A DNA stretch of 64,000 nt. Origin: an uncultured Acidobacteriaceae bacterium. GTDB taxonomy: Bacteria; Acidobacteriota; Terriglobia; Terriglobales; Acidobacteriaceae. The translations under genes and the position numbers were made by a program. The notes below the pieces were generated by a model. The model saw only the letters and a program-made list of their open reading frames with translations, was not told where the DNA came from and searched no databases. The first letter of the stretch is position 1. Each line of letters starts with the position of its first letter. The stretch spans positions 4,497 through 68,496 of the forward strand of contig CAWDBN010000013.1 in assembly GCA_963800575.1 (NCBI GenBank), in the 5' to 3' direction. Positions 21,045-29,084 of the stretch are shown in pieces.

Positions 21045-21977
21045 TTAGTGCGAGCTGACGTATTTAATTGTGGCTAACACCGCTTGCTTAATGGTCAATC
21101 GCGGACGCCAGCCCAGGGCCCGGATGCGCGAGCAGTCGAGCAGGATGAAGGGACTGTCCCCAACCCAGCCGCGTTCGCCGCCGGAATACGTAAGTTTCGG
21201 ATGAAGGCCGAGATGCTCGCAAATCCAGCCGATAGAGTCGTTGACCTCGCAATACTCGTCGGTCCCGAGATTGAAGATGTTGACTTTTTCCTTGGCTCGA
21301 CCGATGGCGGTAAGAATCGCGTCGATGCAATCCTGCACGTATAAATACGATTTCCGCTGATGCCCGTTCCCCAGAACATGAAGACGTTCGGGATGCTCGG
21401 CAAGTTGCTGGTAAAAATCGAACACATGCCCGTGCGAGTAGCGCTCGCCCAGAATCGACACGAAGCGAAAAATATAACCCTGCATTCCAAAGCCTTCGCA
21501 GTAAGCCTGAATCAGGCCTTCCGCAGCCAGCTTCGAAGCTCCGTAAAGCGAAGTTTGGATGGGGAAGGGACACGTCTCCGGCGTGGGGAAAATATTCGGC
21601 TCTCCGTAAACCGATCCCGTCGAAGAAAAGACGATTCGTTTGCAGTTTCGCTCGCGCATCGCCTCCAGCACGTTCCAGGTTGCGATCGTGTTCTGATCCA
21701 GATCCTTGCGCGGATGTTCAGTGCCGAAACGCACGTCGGCATTGGCTGCGAAATGAACCACCAGCTCCACGCCCTCCATCGCCTGCGCCAGGCTTTTCCC
21801 GTCGAGCAAGTCCGCCTGATAGAGAGCGAATTCCGGACGCGCCAGCGCACTTTCCAGGAACCGGATCTGTCCCGTCGACAAGTTATCGAAGCCAATGACG
21901 CGGTGACCGGCGGAGAGAAGGCGGTCGACCATATTGCTGCCGATAAAGCCCGCCGCACCCGTAACTAAAACGCGCAA
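21045..21977 (-). CDS. SDR-family NAD-dependent sugar-nucleotide epimerase/dehydratase (GalE-like)
   Basis: 310 aa with the Rossmann motif VTGAAGFIGS and the catalytic YGASK (YxxxK). Confidence 0.85.
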   Translation of the reverse strand: MRVLVTGAAGFIGSNMVDRLLSAGHRVIGFDNLSTGQIRFLESALARPEFALYQADLLDGKSLAQAMEGVELVVHFAANADVRFGTEHPRKDLDQNTIATWNVLEAMRERNCKRIVFSSTGSVYGEPNIFPTPETCPFPIQTSLYGASKLAAEGLIQAYCEGFGMQGYIFRFVSILGERYSHGHVFDFYQQLAEHPERLHVLGNGHQRKSYLYVQDCIDAILTAIGRAKEKVNIFNLGTDEYCEVNDSIGWICEHLGLHPKLTYSGGERGWVGDSPFILLDCSRIRALGWRPRLTIKQAVLATIKYVSSH

Positions 21978-22037
21978 AATAACCTCCGGGAAAAAATCGA
22001 AACCTGGGTAGCTCTCAGACGCTGTCGTACAGGAAGT

Positions 22038-23231
22038 CTATCTGCTATCCGAAGAAGTCTGCCGCAGCGCGATGCGCGTTCCCTTCAACTCAAACCGGCT
22101 GTCGCGCCAAACATAACGCAGATTCAGATAACTGGCGAACCACACCAGAAAGCCGAGCAAATCTCGTAGCGGATACAACCAGGGCGCAAGCCGTATCTGC
22201 GGATCCCGAACCACCATCCAGCCAACCAGCCATGCCTCAGTCAGGCGGTTCAGCACGGCCACAGCTAGCAGCAGCGCACCTGCTCCCCAGTGTCCTAAGA
22301 ATCCGGCCGCAAGAAATCCAAGCAGGCCGTACGGCATGGCGAAGATCAGCCCGCTTCCAAAGTGTCCCTTGGGGCGCGAATATCGCGTCGTCTGCGCCCA
22401 GCGCAGCTGGTTCTGCCACATGCGGCGGAATGATGCTTGATTCACAATGTGATCGATGACGTGGCCAGAGAGCACGACCTGGTAGCCTTTCTTCGCCATC
22501 AGGTTGCCGATCGCGAAATCGTAGGCGATGTAATCCCGCAGCGCGGTGTAGCCGCCGATGCTCGCCAGAGAATCTTTGCGAACCACAGTCGTCGGCCCCA
22601 ATCCAAACTTCATGCCCTCGAGCAGATTCGCTACCAGCACTCCGGCTGTCATTTCCACCGACATGCCGATGGCCGTGAGGCCGGAGAAAAAACCTGCCGC
22701 GTTCTTGCCGCGATACACGCATGTCACCATACCGACTTGTGGGTCCAGCAACGGCGGAACAATTTCCCGCAGATAGCGTGGGTCCACCTCTACGTCGCTG
22801 TCGGTGGTAACCAGAATGTCGTGTGTCGCGGCTTCAGACATGCAATGAAACGCGTAAACCACTGGGTTGGGCCACGGTGTGCCGGTTACCAGCACCCGGC
22901 TTCGGATGTGCGGATAGCGGGCACAAACTTCGCGCACCACATCCAGAGCCGCATCGTTCGCTTCGTCTGCCGCAAATAGAATTTCGTAATCGGGATAGTC
23001 CTGCCGGAAGAAGCTCTCAATGTTTTCCTTCAGCTGCGCTTCCAAGCCATGCACCGGCTTGAGCACGGAGACCGGAGGCAAGTGCGCGTCGTCAGGAACG
23101 GACCTGACCTGCTTCCGTGCTTCTCCACGAAACCGGATTACTCCCAGAACGGCCAGACCGAGGAACACGGCCGAAGATACTGTGCCGATCAGCGCCACAC
23201 CTAAAACGAAATAAAGAATCAGCCCGATCAA
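22038..23231 (-). CDS. GT21-family glycosyltransferase (ceramide glucosyltransferase / HpnI-like)
   Basis: 397 aa. The segment PPVSVLKPVHGLEAQLKENIESFFRQDYPDYEILF...DSDV...QLRWAQT parallels the conserved blocks of eukaryotic ceramide glucosyltransferase and bacterial HpnI. An N-terminal TM helix is present. Confidence 0.75.
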   Translation of the reverse strand: MIGLILYFVLGVALIGTVSSAVFLGLAVLGVIRFRGEARKQVRSVPDDAHLPPVSVLKPVHGLEAQLKENIESFFRQDYPDYEILFAADEANDAALDVVREVCARYPHIRSRVLVTGTPWPNPVVYAFHCMSEAATHDILVTTDSDVEVDPRYLREIVPPLLDPQVGMVTCVYRGKNAAGFFSGLTAIGMSVEMTAGVLVANLLEGMKFGLGPTTVVRKDSLASIGGYTALRDYIAYDFAIGNLMAKKGYQVVLSGHVIDHIVNQASFRRMWQNQLRWAQTTRYSRPKGHFGSGLIFAMPYGLLGFLAAGFLGHWGAGALLLAVAVLNRLTEAWLVGWMVVRDPQIRLAPWLYPLRDLLGFLVWFASYLNLRYVWRDSRFELKGTRIALRQTSSDSR

Positions 23232-23335
23232 AGGTTATATTTTCCGCAGGGTTCGGATTGCTGCCCTTCCTCTTCACGGCAGCAATTCACACTATACATT
23301 TCCGTGGTGTTCAGAGGTAAGACGGGCACGTTGGG

Positions 23336-23403
23336 TCACGTCGATTCTTTACTCACTTCGATTCTTTACTCACTTCGATTCTCGGCTCACTTCGACTCTT
23401 GGC
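23336..23403. repeat. Tandem direct repeat, 17 bp x 4 (TCACTTCGATTCTTTAC and variants)
   Basis: The units are read directly: tcacgtcgattctttac / tcacttcgattctttac / tcacttcgattctcggc / tcacttcgactcttggc. The last unit contains the stop codon and the final codons of the 23387-24169 gene. Confidence 0.9.
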
Positions 23404-24169
23404 TCGCGGTCTCACTGCCGCGCAACGGCGAGGCTTTCGTGATTTTGTAATCTTTGTATTCAATGGAAAGGATGGCGCGGCCTCCGAGCCGGATCACGCT
23501 CTCCGTATGGTTCTCAGCCGGAAGCCAGAAGTCATCCACCTTGACATATCTGTGCCTCACCTCCGTCTTCTTGATCCACCATGACGGATTCTTAGCCGGT
23601 TCTCCCTCGATTCGCACGACGGCAAAGTCTTTTGCGTCAATCCAGATTTTTCCTCGATAGAGAAACTTGTTCTTGGTCTTGGGCAGCAGATTCAGGACAT
23701 ACTCCGCGCCTTCGGGCGTAATTTCGTATCCCGCCGAAGTAAATTCGTAATTCTCATTGGTCAGCGCGGAATTCCTGCGGTTCTCCTCATTCGCGGCTTC
23801 CTGCTCGCCCTCCAGCAACTTCTTGAATACATGGTCGATCACGAACTTGGAGCCGCTCTGGGACACTATGCTAAATTCTTTGACATCGGGGGCGCGGTAG
23901 GTGACGTTGACTACCATTTCGGCGTCCCGGTCACCAGGAATCCCGCGATATTGCATGCGGTAGACCCGGGTTCCGATGAACTGATTCAGCGCCGCAGCTC
24001 GCTCGGAATTCCGCTCTTGAAGTTTCTGGGCTATCTGCTCGGCCGACGGGGAACCATTCTCCGCGGAATTCGAAGATCGCGTTGAACCCGCTGTTTGTAG
24101 GGGTGTCTGGCAGCAAGCGGCCAGACTCCAACCCAGCAAAAGACTAGTTCCAACTCGCGCGCAATGCAT
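23387..24169 (-). CDS. LolA-like outer-membrane lipoprotein-sorting family lipoprotein
   Basis: 260 aa with a lipobox (LAAC) after a hydrophobic N-terminus. The C-terminal region LLPKTKNKFLYRGKIWIDAKDFAVVRIEG resembles the LolA-like/DUF family. Confidence 0.6.
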   Translation of the reverse strand: MHCARVGTSLLLGWSLAACCQTPLQTAGSTRSSNSAENGSPSAEQIAQKLQERNSERAAALNQFIGTRVYRMQYRGIPGDRDAEMVVNVTYRAPDVKEFSIVSQSGSKFVIDHVFKKLLEGEQEAANEENRRNSALTNENYEFTSAGYEITPEGAEYVLNLLPKTKNKFLYRGKIWIDAKDFAVVRIEGEPAKNPSWWIKKTEVRHRYVKVDDFWLPAENHTESVIRLGGRAILSIEYKDYKITKASPLRGSETASQESK

Positions 24170-24395
24170 ATCGACCCCTGGATGGTGAAAAGGATGGCCA
24201 AAAACCGCTGTGCTCTCAGTCTACGCCGGATAGGTGACCACTGAACTTGTATTTCGCCGGACTCGGATGCTCCTTCCCGCTCTGGAATTGTCCACAAAAG
24301 CCGTGCAGCAGCGCGGGTGGTTACCTTCGTGCCTCACTCGTCGGAGCTATTCCCATCTTCTCCGGCTTGCCGCACACTGTCTTCAGGCCACAAGT

Positions 24396-24770
24396 ATGCA
24401 GGCACCCACCGTCAAGACCAACCGCCGTCGGCAAAGTCGCATTCAGGCTGTGCTTCCCGTTCGAGTCCGGGGCACGGACTCTTCCGGCAAGTCATTCGAA
24501 ATCCTGGCCCACACCCTCGACCTCACGGCAAATGGGGCGCGGCTGGGGTCGATTCGCCACCAGATGAAAGCGCCCGACACGCTAACCATTTTTTATCGCC
24601 AGCGCAAAATGGAATTCACCGTGGTGTGGACCAAGTTGCTGGATGGAAGAAGCGAGTACCAGGTTGGCCTGCAAGCTTTTTCGCAGGAAAAGGAAGGGTG
24701 GGGGATGAATCTTTTCATTTCCAGCATACAACCGTTAACCAGCGCCACGGCAGCGCCGGGAGTGGTGTGA
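24396..24770 (+). CDS. PilZ-domain protein
   Basis: The start is taken at MQAPTVKTN. The motifs RRQSRI...(D/L)xSxxGxR (RRRQSRIQAVLPVRV...LDLTANGARLG) match PilZ c-di-GMP binding motifs. The ORF track extends the N-terminus to 24234. Confidence 0.7.
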   Translation: MQAPTVKTNRRRQSRIQAVLPVRVRGTDSSGKSFEILAHTLDLTANGARLGSIRHQMKAPDTLTIFYRQRKMEFTVVWTKLLDGRSEYQVGLQAFSQEKEGWGMNLFISSIQPLTSATAAPGVV

Positions 24771-24781
24771 ACCGGAAAATT

Positions 24782-24946
24782 ATGCGCTATCTCCTATTCA
24801 AACTCTGGTCAAACGAAGAAGGACAGGACGTTGCTGAGTATGCCGTTATGCTGGCCGTCGTTCTCGTTATTGTAGTCAGCACCGTCCGCCTGATCGGTGC
24901 TAACGCAAGCAATGTGTTTTCGCAGGTCGGCAGCACCATCCAGTAA
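24782..24946 (+). CDS. flp: Flp-family type IVb pilin (54 aa)
   Basis: MRYLLFKLWSNEEGQDVAEYAVMLAVVLVIVVSTV... has the Flp processing/assembly motif (G/xxxxEY followed by a hydrophobic helix). It is embedded in the 3' end of the 209-aa track ORF 24317-24946. Confidence 0.75.
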   Translation: MRYLLFKLWSNEEGQDVAEYAVMLAVVLVIVVSTVRLIGANASNVFSQVGSTIQ

Positions 24947-24986
24947 GCAAACCATTCGGAAAACTTCTGCGCTAGTGTTCGAAGGC

Positions 24987-25922
24987 TTAAGGGCGCGACG
25001 AGTTGCCCATCATCAGCACAAACAAAAGTGGAAGGTAGATGACTGTGGCTTGCAACACATGACGAGCGAGCATCTTCGATCGCGGGGCGTTGATGGGCAA
25101 TTTGAGAAGCGCTAGCCTGGCGCCAAAGTAGAAAAGAGCAGCGCCAAGAATCACCGCTCCCACCAGATAGATCTTTCCTGCCATGCCGAAAACACTCGGC
25201 AGAACGCTCAGTGGAATCAAAATCAGCGAGTAGGCCACGATGCGCCTAGCCGTGGATCGTCCGTCCTCTTCCACCACTGGCAGCATGCGAATTCCGCCGG
25301 CGGCGTAATCCTCCCGATAGAGCCACGCAATGGAGAAAAAATGCGGAAACTGCCACACAAAAAGGATGGCAAACAATATCAACGTGCTCCACTCCAGCCG
25401 CCCGCGTGCGGCCGTCCAACCCAAAACTCCCGGCATAGCTCCCGGAAAAGCGCCCACGAACGTGCAGATCGGCGAGACCCTTTTTAACGGCGTATAAACC
25501 GCCAGATACACCACCGATGTCAGGAGAGTCAGCAGACCGGTCAGCAGATTCGTGAAAACCGCCAGATAAATTGACCCGCCTACAGTAGCCAGCACCCCGG
25601 CCGTCGCAGCATGAGCAAGACTCATACGGCCCGCTGGCAGCGGACGCTGTGCGGTCCGGCGCATGTTCCCGTCTACCTCGTGCTCCATCACTTCATTGAG
25701 TGCCGCAGTTCCGCTTGAGACCAGTCCGATCCCCAGTAGGGCGTGTAAAAGCCCCCACGATAGCGAAGAAACCCCAGCCTTCTGCGCACCGAAATAGTAG
25801 CCACACCACGCCGTCATCACGATCAGAGAAGTCACGCGCAGCTTCATCAATTCGGCATAGTCGCGCAAGAGAGAAGTCGCTTGCTTGCGAAATAAAACCA
25901 GGGGTTGGGTCATCGCGCTCAT
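24987..25922 (-). CDS. ctaB: Protohaem IX farnesyltransferase (haem O synthase)
   Basis: UbiA-family polytopic protein. The start is chosen at MSAMTQPLV. The length and the N..E....D.....M.RT..RPLP region are typical of CtaB/CyoE. Confidence 0.85.
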   Translation of the reverse strand: MSAMTQPLVLFRKQATSLLRDYAELMKLRVTSLIVMTAWCGYYFGAQKAGVSSLSWGLLHALLGIGLVSSGTAALNEVMEHEVDGNMRRTAQRPLPAGRMSLAHAATAGVLATVGGSIYLAVFTNLLTGLLTLLTSVVYLAVYTPLKRVSPICTFVGAFPGAMPGVLGWTAARGRLEWSTLILFAILFVWQFPHFFSIAWLYREDYAAGGIRMLPVVEEDGRSTARRIVAYSLILIPLSVLPSVFGMAGKIYLVGAVILGAALFYFGARLALLKLPINAPRSKMLARHVLQATVIYLPLLFVLMMGNSSRP

Positions 25923-26124
25923 GGAAGATTCAGTGGTGTGGTTGTCGTACCGCTTCCTTACACTCGAACACGCCCTCCAAGCCTGGCAAGAGGGCAGCTC
26001 CCACAAAGCGGCCCAAATACTTAAGAATTGTATGGGTACTCCGATGGCTTTCGAAAGTCAAGTCGAAACTCGGGAATCGGCCCACCAGCCTCTGATCCCG
26101 AATCTCAGGATCCGCCCGCAACCA

Positions 26125-27540
26125 CTACTGGCTAGCCGAAACGCCGGTCCCATTGAAAGTTTCCGGCGGATCGAAAAAGCATTGATGCCACAGAGCTGCG
26201 TCGGATAATTTGCCCGCCTTCCATTGCTGAAGCGTCGGCAACGTGGCGGCCAGCATCCCTCCGTCGACCGCATCGAAGATCACGACCACCCCGGCAAGCT
26301 CCTGCGGCTTCTGCGCGAGTTCCGCGTAATCCTTGTCGAGCACGGACTTCGCGAACTCCAGTCTGAGCTGAGGGCCTGCGCTCTGCTTCTCGTCAATTTT
26401 TTCCACCGAAACGATCCTCACATTCTTGCCGCGAAGAGGCGCCCAATCTCCCGGAAAAGGCGCGGTTTCTTCGCGCGTCACATGAAACAAATCCGCCGCC
26501 ACCGATCCCGATGCAGCACTCGCCGGCGCATCGCCATCCGGAACGCTGTCGGGCATTTCGAGGCTGTTACGCCAGATCCATCCTCGTGATAGTCCGGAGA
26601 TCCTCACATGGACCCAATCCCGATTGAAGTCGAGCATCTCGAACTCATCGTGTGCGCTGGCCAGGAACAGAGTCTTGGCCGTCAGACTCGCGGTCTCCAC
26701 CACCGGCGTTCCCGACTTCTTTACCGCTACAAGATTCCTGGGATGCGCCTGATTTTTGAGAATCTCCTCCAGACTCTCTGCCTCGGCTCGCAGGCCGGAA
26801 TCTTCAACAGGTTTGTTACCCGCGGCACCGGCTTTCTCTTGCTCGGCCAAAGTCTGTGCCAGAGATGACGACAAACCGCCATTGGCGTCAGGAAGTCGAG
26901 GCTCCGGCGCTGAGAGGGCAGGTTCCGTTGCAGTTGGCGTCTTCGCCACGGGTACAGCGGCAGGTTGCCTTGCCGGAGATTGCCCCGCGGGAGTGCGGAC
27001 CGGCGGACCTTGCGCCGAAACGATCGGTGCGGGGGCCGTTGCTAGAGAAGACTTCTGCGATGGGACCGGCTTGGGCTCCGCGTTCACCGGAGCGCTCGCC
27101 CCAACTTGCTGTCCCTTGGCCGCGAGCTGATCCGCCAGTTGATCCAGCAGGTCTGCTTCCAGCCGTCCATTCGAGGTCAGTACTTGATATCCGGAACGCG
27201 CCGCGACTGGGTCCGTATACCAGGCTGTCACGGAGACGCTTACGCTAACAATCGATCCCCCGGAAGGAGCCGCCGTAACCTGAATTTTCGCCTCATAGTA
27301 GCCGCGCCGGTACCGCTCGAGGGGATGATCGGCCGAAGTCGCGAATCCTTCGAGCACTGGAAGACGTCCGGCAGTGGCGGCCTGGATTTCTTGCACAGCC
27401 TTCTCCACCTGGGCTTTGGACTGTGGGAAGGCCCGCTCTAATCCGTTGCCTTGCGCGTGGCCTCGCGGCGCACCGAAAAAAACCAGCGCCAATAGGAGTG
27501 CCGAGACTGCCGGGCTGAATTCTGCTCCGCGACGTTTCAT
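26125..27540 (-). CDS. Secreted hypothetical protein with P/A-rich linker and SH3b-like segment
   Basis: 471 aa with a signal peptide (LLLALVFFGAPRGHAQG), a low-complexity P/A/Q linker, and FNRDWVHVRISGLSRGWIWRNSLE, which resembles a bacterial SH3 strand pattern. Confidence 0.55.
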   Translation of the reverse strand: MKRRGAEFSPAVSALLLALVFFGAPRGHAQGNGLERAFPQSKAQVEKAVQEIQAATAGRLPVLEGFATSADHPLERYRRGYYEAKIQVTAAPSGGSIVSVSVSVTAWYTDPVAARSGYQVLTSNGRLEADLLDQLADQLAAKGQQVGASAPVNAEPKPVPSQKSSLATAPAPIVSAQGPPVRTPAGQSPARQPAAVPVAKTPTATEPALSAPEPRLPDANGGLSSSLAQTLAEQEKAGAAGNKPVEDSGLRAEAESLEEILKNQAHPRNLVAVKKSGTPVVETASLTAKTLFLASAHDEFEMLDFNRDWVHVRISGLSRGWIWRNSLEMPDSVPDGDAPASAASGSVAADLFHVTREETAPFPGDWAPLRGKNVRIVSVEKIDEKQSAGPQLRLEFAKSVLDKDYAELAQKPQELAGVVVIFDAVDGGMLAATLPTLQQWKAGKLSDAALWHQCFFDPPETFNGTGVSASQ

Positions 27541-27550
27541 TCCTGCACTT

Positions 27551-28750
27551 TCATTTCTGCACCAAGTCGTCGCGCATAATCCATCCGTGTTGACCGTCGT
27601 GCGTTTCTACGCCGTACCAGTAGGGCGTCGAAATCAGAATCAGGACTTCCGTGCCAGTGGGCAATGACTGCAGCGTGCTGGCAGTATGGAAGGGCGCGGA
27701 TTTCAGCGGTGCTCCCGGATCTTTCACTAGCCGCTCGAGCTGCCGGCGGAGATCTTTGACGTGCTCTTCCAAGCTCTGACCGGACGCGATCGCCGCCGGC
27801 CCGCTCCCACTCGGCAGACTCGGACCAGGCTGATCCTGACTGGGCTGATCTTGACCGGCCTGGCTTTGCATTGGCTGATTTTGCATTGGCTGGTTTTGTA
27901 TCGGCTGCTCTTGTACCGGTTGGCTCTGATCGGGCATGCTCTCGCTTGCAACCTGCGTAGTTCCGCTGGGAGCGGCATCTTGGCGACTCTCAACGGGCGC
28001 TGCCGCCGCCGGTTGCTCGGATTGCGGCACCGGCCAAGCCCCTGTCTCCGCCTGCGATGAAGAGGTTTGCTTCTTCTCCAACTTTTCCCGTCGTTCGTTC
28101 AACGCCTCGACGTTCTGCCTCTGCATGAGTTCGATCGCGTCAATGTGCTCGCGAATGTCCCGGTACTCGGCGCTTTCGACCGAACCGTCGGATTGATGCA
28201 CGATGTGGCGGAAGTCTTCCTTAAAAAGCGCATTGATGCGCAACACCGTGTTCTTCTGACCTTGAGGTTGTACGATATAGCGCACAACCAGGGTTCCTGA
28301 GTCGCTGCTATCCTTGAAGTTCCGCGGGTCAAGCGCCTGCTCGCGAACTTTGTAGAAAACCTTTCCCCCCTCAGTCCAGGCGGGAAATACGTGCGACGAG
28401 GTCGCCGCTTTTGCGCCGCTGACAAACTCGTCCTTGTTGTATTCTTTGGTTCCACGGATCACTCCGTTATCCGCCACCTCTGCCACCACCTGCTCAACCT
28501 CGCTCTCCGGCGCGGGAATGTTGACTGCCAGTCCCTCGCCGTAGTGCAGCTTATCTTTTCCACGCCCAGCCAGCGGAAGCGCACCCGGGAAGAGCAGTAG
28601 CAGTAGGACCAATCTCGCGGACGCGCGCACCCGTCCCGCCGCAGTGCAGCGGCAACTAGCGCCGCCAGCCCCTCTGCTCGCGCTGTTTCTATCTCTAATC
28701 TCGGCACGGGAGACCAACCACCCGCTCCCATCACTTCTCGACCGACCCAC
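27551..28750 (-). CDS. Secreted hypothetical protein with Q/P pentapeptide repeats and C-terminal SH3b-like domain
   Basis: 399-aa ORF with a hydrophobic signal-like segment LVLLLLLFPGALPLAG, a QxQP(M/I) repeat tract and the C-terminus LPTGTEVLILISTPYWYGVETHDGQHGWIMRDDL. The start codon is uncertain. Confidence 0.55.
   Translation of the reverse strand: MGRSRSDGSGWLVSRAEIRDRNSASRGAGGASCRCTAAGRVRASARLVLLLLLFPGALPLAGRGKDKLHYGEGLAVNIPAPESEVEQVVAEVADNGVIRGTKEYNKDEFVSGAKAATSSHVFPAWTEGGKVFYKVREQALDPRNFKDSSDSGTLVVRYIVQPQGQKNTVLRINALFKEDFRHIVHQSDGSVESAEYRDIREHIDAIELMQRQNVEALNERREKLEKKQTSSSQAETGAWPVPQSEQPAAAAPVESRQDAAPSGTTQVASESMPDQSQPVQEQPIQNQPMQNQPMQSQAGQDQPSQDQPGPSLPSGSGPAAIASGQSLEEHVKDLRRQLERLVKDPGAPLKSAPFHTASTLQSLPTGTEVLILISTPYWYGVETHDGQHGWIMRDDLVQK
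27836..27925. repeat. In-frame 15-bp tandem repeat (about 6 units) encoding QNQPM/QDQPS pentapeptides
   Basis: The units are ttgcattggctgatt / ttgcattggctggtt / ttgtatcggctgctc / ttgtaccggttggct plus degenerate flanking units, all inside CDS 27551-28750. Confidence 0.7.
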
Positions 28751-28880
28751 CGCAGCCTCCGTTTCCAGATTTCCAGAGTCTCATACTCTTGGCGTAAAGC
28801 TGTCAACCCGCCGTGGACCATTCGATTCCGATGTGACCAACGGTTCCGTTAACGTTGTAAAAAAAATGTCAAAAAACCTC

Positions 28881-28910
28881 TTGAACTTTTTCTTGCGATA
28901 GTAGTAGGAT
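28881..28910 (+). promoter_or_regulatory. Candidate sigma70-type promoter upstream of the cytochrome/oxidase operon
   Basis: TTGAAC (28881-28886), an 18-nt spacer, then TAGGAT (28905-28910), within the only AT-rich patch of the 334-bp intergenic region. There is no experimental or comparative support. Confidence 0.25.
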
Positions 28911-29084
28911 TCACCCCCGGTAGGGTGGTAGAACCTTTCGTCCACTGTTCTGCTGCCGGCCTGAATGGGAGCCACCTCCCGTTCGAGGCCTTCATTGCTG
29001 GGTGTCACCTGCGGCTTGCGCTTGGGGAAAAGCTTAGTTTCAGGAAAACCAGATTTTGATTTGATCTTGCCGAGGAGTCCGGCC

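Noticed and set aside
23336-23403. The possibility that the 17-bp tandem array is a CRISPR or mini-CRISPR.
   Set aside because: The units are directly adjacent with no spacers and are far shorter than CRISPR repeats. No cas genes are present in the window.
24317-24946. A 209-aa ORF spanning the PilZ gene in another frame and ending at the Flp stop.
   Set aside because: Only the last 54 codons (from ATG 24782) form a recognisable protein, the Flp pilin. The upstream 155 codons overlap the PilZ CDS out of frame and look like noise.
28893-28912. A Fur-box-like sequence (gcgatagtagtaggattc) upstream of the cytochrome/oxidase operon.
   Set aside because: Only about half the positions match the 19-bp Fur consensus GATAATGATAATCATTATC, which is not distinguishable from chance in an AT-rich patch.
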